The notes under the pieces were generated by a model, which saw only the letters and a program-made list of their open reading frames with translations, ran no database searches and was not told where the DNA came from. The position numbers and the translations under genes were made by a program. 64,000 nt of DNA, from contig JAAYIH010000049.1 of NCBI GenBank assembly GCA_012523545.1, positions 43,841 through 107,840 on the forward strand, read 5' to 3'. Origin of the DNA: Bacillota bacterium (GTDB lineage: Bacteria > Bacillota > Proteinivoracia > UBA4975). How positions within the stretch are numbered: the stretch's first letter is position 1; each line of letters begins with the position of its first letter. Positions 61,313-64,000 of this stretch are shown here, piece by piece.

Positions 61313-62236
61313 GTGCGCAAAGAAAAATTGCGTAAACTGGCCTGGAGCCTGGCAGCGGTACTGACTATGGCGGCGTTGCTCATTGTCAGTCACTGGCTTG
61401 CTCCCATAGTGGCCGGTGCAAACTCTCTCAACCCCTATTATTTTCTGAGCTGGGGAGCTCCGGCCCTGTTCCATGAGGATGTTGACAGCGCCGGGGCTTT
61501 GATAAAACTGGAACCCTGGCGGCTGTTGGGATTGCAGCTTCCGGTGTTTGCCGCCATTAAGCCCGGCGAATGGGAGGAACCCGTTGTCGTGCAGCCCCCG
61601 GGTGACGGCGATGAAAAGACCCGTCCCACCGGCGATGCGGTGGCAATTTACCACACCCATGCCAGCGAGGCGTTTGTGCCCACAAGCGGCCAGCCCCGGT
61701 CCGAGGATTTTAGCCAGACGGTGGTCACGTTGGGCAGAGTCATTAAAGAAAGACTGGAGAGCAGGGGGATAGCTGTCATACACAGCGAAGAGTACCACGA
61801 CATTTCTTATGGACAATCCTATGCAAAATCCAGACAGACGGCTGAGGCAATGCTGTCCAGGGAGCCCTCCCTCAGGCTGTTGCTGGATTTGCACCGCGAT
61901 GGAGTAGGAGCCACTTCGGCATCGGGACGCGCGGTAACCACCTGCACCATTGACGGCCGGCGCGCCGGTCAAATTATGTTTGTTGTAAGCACTGCCCATG
62001 CCAACTGGACAGAAAACTACCGGGTGGCCAACGACCTGCACAATATACTGGAAAATAAATATCCTGGGCTGTCCCGGGGTATACTGTCCCGCGAAAATTC
62101 CACATATAACCAGGACTTGCACCCCGGAGCGGTACTGGTCGAAATTGGCGGGCACTGGAACACCCTGGATGAAGCTGTGTACGGAGCAGAACTATTTGCA
62201 GCGGCTGTCGCCGAATATATGGAAGGAGGATACTGA
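61313..62236 (+). CDS. spoIIP: stage II sporulation protein P
   Basis: SpoIIP amidase family. GTG is 7 nt after GGGGGTGA. The track ORF begins at TTG 61307. Confidence 0.88.
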   Translation: MRKEKLRKLAWSLAAVLTMAALLIVSHWLAPIVAGANSLNPYYFLSWGAPALFHEDVDSAGALIKLEPWRLLGLQLPVFAAIKPGEWEEPVVVQPPGDGDEKTRPTGDAVAIYHTHASEAFVPTSGQPRSEDFSQTVVTLGRVIKERLESRGIAVIHSEEYHDISYGQSYAKSRQTAEAMLSREPSLRLLLDLHRDGVGATSASGRAVTTCTIDGRRAGQIMFVVSTAHANWTENYRVANDLHNILENKYPGLSRGILSRENSTYNQDLHPGAVLVEIGGHWNTLDEAVYGAELFAAAVAEYMEGGY

Positions 62237-62568
62237 TGAGCGATGCCGAAAAAAACACACTGTTTTTGGGCGTGTTGCTGCTGGTCGTTTTGGTTTTAGT
62301 GGGTACAAACCTGACTGACCGGCAACTTAACCGCTTAATTCTGCCCGAGCAGCCCATATCTGTTCTGTCTGTTTCCTACGAGCACGGTGTGGTCATCCAT
62401 GGCCCGCAGGCCAGGTTTGCAGTCCCCGCGTTAACAATAGGCGAACTGAGCGTCGACGGCGATGTTGCCCGTTGGCGCGTTGAGGGATTGAGCCTGGAGT
62501 TGCCGCTGGCCATAAATTGGGGCAACCTCGGTGCTCTGCGCAGCAAAGTCGGGCTGTTGACAAAATAA
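62236..62568 (+). CDS. YqxA-like (DUF3679) small membrane protein
   Basis: 110 aa with an N-terminal TM helix, at the conserved position after spoIIP. Confidence 0.55.
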   Translation: MSDAEKNTLFLGVLLLVVLVLVGTNLTDRQLNRLILPEQPISVLSVSYEHGVVIHGPQARFAVPALTIGELSVDGDVARWRVEGLSLELPLAINWGNLGALRSKVGLLTK

Positions 62569-62585
62569 AGCCCAAGTGGTATTTT
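62556..62585 (+). promoter_or_regulatory. sigma-A-type promoter for hrcA operon (TTGACA-18-TATTTT)
   Basis: Hexamers read directly from the sequence. The -35 element overlaps the end of the upstream ORF. Confidence 0.5.
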
Positions 62586-62597
62586 TTTTATGTGGAA

Positions 62598-62624
62598 TTA
62601 GCACTCGACCCCTTAGAGTGCTAA
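62598..62624 (+). promoter_or_regulatory. CIRCE operator (HrcA binding site) TTAGCACTC-N9-GAGTGCTAA
   Basis: Perfect match to the CIRCE consensus, directly upstream of hrcA. Confidence 0.95.
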
Positions 62625-62647
62625 CAACCGGTGAAGGGGGGGCAAAA

Positions 62648-63649
62648 ATGCTGGATGAAAGAAAACGTCTTATTCTCAATGCAGTAGTTCAGGATTATAT
62701 TTGTTCTGCCGAGCCTGTCGGTTCCAGAACCCTGGTTAAACGGCATCGCATAGGCTTGAGCCCCGCCACCATTCGCAATGAAATGGCCGATCTCGAGGAA
62801 ATGGGATTTTTGGAGCAGCCGCACACTTCTGCGGGCCGCATACCGTCTCACCTGGGGTATCGGTTCTATGTCAACTCGCTCATGGGAGATTTCCAGTTCG
62901 ATCCCGCTGAGCTTCATGCTCTGGAGCAAAAGTTGTCAGATTTGGAAAGCCAGCCGGCCAACTTTACCCGGCAACTGGCCAAATTGTTGTCCTCGGTTAC
63001 CAGTTATATTTCTTTGATTGCCGAACCTTGTGATACTGCCCAGGAAGTGCGGCACATTGACATAATTCCCCTGACGGCAGGCGTTGCCAGTCTCATTGTC
63101 GTGCTCAGCGACGGCGCCGTCAACCACACTACTATTAGCGTTCCTTCGGGTTTGAGCAGCAGACAAATCAAGTCCCTCACCGCTTTCATTAACCGCCGCT
63201 TGCAGGGAATCAGGCTGAGGGACATAAATCCAGCCATGCTTAACGAATTAAGGGATGAATTTTCCGGCAACATGAAGTTAATTGACGACATCATGTCTTT
63301 TGTGCAACACATGTTGCTTGCCCGGGATGACCAGCTGATTGTAGACGGCGCCAAAAACCTGCTCAGTCAGCCGGAGTTCAAGGATATCAATAAATTTCAG
63401 GATCTCCTGGCCGCCCTGGAGCAAAATGATGTAATCTTAAAGTTAATGCAGGTCAACGACAGCCCGGACGATTTGGATATTCGCATCGGTGCCGAAATCG
63501 GTTTGGAGAGCTTTTATGATTGCAGTCTGGTGGTGGCAACCTTTACTCACCGCGAGCGCAAAGTTTTTCTGGGGATCCTGGGTCCGGCCAGAATGCACTA
63601 TGCCAAGACAATTGGTTTTCTCAGGCGGTTGAGAGATTATTTTGATTAG
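62648..63649 (+). CDS. hrcA: heat-inducible transcription repressor HrcA
   Basis: N-terminal wHTH (RKRLILNAVVQDYICSAEPVGSRTL) and the HrcA C-terminal domain. ATG follows GAAGGGGGGG. Confidence 0.92.
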   Translation: MLDERKRLILNAVVQDYICSAEPVGSRTLVKRHRIGLSPATIRNEMADLEEMGFLEQPHTSAGRIPSHLGYRFYVNSLMGDFQFDPAELHALEQKLSDLESQPANFTRQLAKLLSSVTSYISLIAEPCDTAQEVRHIDIIPLTAGVASLIVVLSDGAVNHTTISVPSGLSSRQIKSLTAFINRRLQGIRLRDINPAMLNELRDEFSGNMKLIDDIMSFVQHMLLARDDQLIVDGAKNLLSQPEFKDINKFQDLLAALEQNDVILKLMQVNDSPDDLDIRIGAEIGLESFYDCSLVVATFTHRERKVFLGILGPARMHYAKTIGFLRRLRDYFD

Positions 63650-63660
63650 GGGAGGACGGA

Positions 63661-64000
63661 ATGTTGGCCAACAAAGAAGAGCAAGTCTTGGAAGAGCAGG
63701 AAAAGGAAGTGCCTGAGAACGAGAATGCTGAAGAAGGCGGCGGCCAGGAGCAGGCGCAAAATTGCCAGTGTCATGAGCTCCTGGATGCCGAACGCAACCG
63801 TTATGCAGAACTGGAAGCCAGGTATCTGCGGCTGGCTGCCGATTTTGACAACTTCCGCAAGCGCACCGAAAGACAGCACAAGGAGCTGGTTGCGATGGCC
63901 AATGCCGATTTGATGTGCAGCCTGCTTCCGGTGTTGGATAATTTTAATCACGCTCTGGATTCTGTGCAGGATGAATCCATTCTCAAAGGCATGCAGATGA
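63661..64000 (+). CDS. grpE: nucleotide exchange factor GrpE (3' end outside window)
   Basis: Frame translated by hand (the ORF is absent from the track because it has no in-window stop): MLANKEEQVLEEQ...RYLRLAADFDNFRKRTERQ. ATG is 6 nt after GGGGAGGA. Confidence 0.88.
   Translation, partial: MLANKEEQVLEEQEKEVPENENAEEGGGQEQAQNCQCHELLDAERNRYAELEARYLRLAADFDNFRKRTERQHKELVAMANADLMCSLLPVLDNFNHALDSVQDESILKGMQM

Noticed and set aside
63646-63951. 101-aa minus-strand ORF at the window end
   Set aside because: It is antisense to grpE, whose + frame gives the diagnostic LAADFDNFRKRTER motif.

Overview
This is a high-GC (about 60%) Firmicutes/Clostridia-type chromosomal segment from a spore former; the sporulation genes lonB, spoIVFB-like, sleB-like, gpr and spoIIP are all present. 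Nearly every gene is on the + strand. From start to end the window holds: clpX (3' part), lonB, lonA, engB and hprK; a probable accessory amino-acid catabolic block (GltS-like transporter, FAD-Rieske oxidoreductase, five-gene Hcn/opine/proline-dehydrogenase-like flavoprotein complex); T-box-controlled valS-folC; two helical-repeat/TPR proteins and a polysaccharide deacetylase; rex and aspA; and then a roughly 22 kb co-directional block, rnfCDGEAB, a ten-gene Mbh-type Mrp antiporter module (EFG, B-pieces, C, D, D', NuoL/MrpA-like), apbE, NusG_II, Gx-transporter, maf, radC, mreBCD, pbp2 and rodA, which ends at the first canonical terminator at 45478. After that come a SpoIVFB-like M50 protease, a radical-SAM/DUF2344 pair, rplU-prp-rpmA, obg, nadD, LCP, rsfS, a methyltransferase, DUF1858, comEA, a divergent LysM cell-wall hydrolase, pyrR, comEC, holA, rpsT (minus strand), a DUF360 protein, gpr, spoIIP, yqxA-like, and CIRCE-hrcA-grpE (3' truncated). 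The most unusual content is the Rnf locus. RnfG carries four extra tandem FMN-binding domains, giving five flavinylation motifs. An Mbh-type Mrp/complex-I-like antiporter arm is physically fused to the rnf operon, and the ApbE/NusG_II/Gx flavinylation trio follows it, so together they are a candidate Rnf-Mrp energy-conserving supermodule. No CRISPR arrays, tRNA/rRNA genes or mobile elements were seen. Long antisense ORFs in the track are attributed to GC-driven artefacts.
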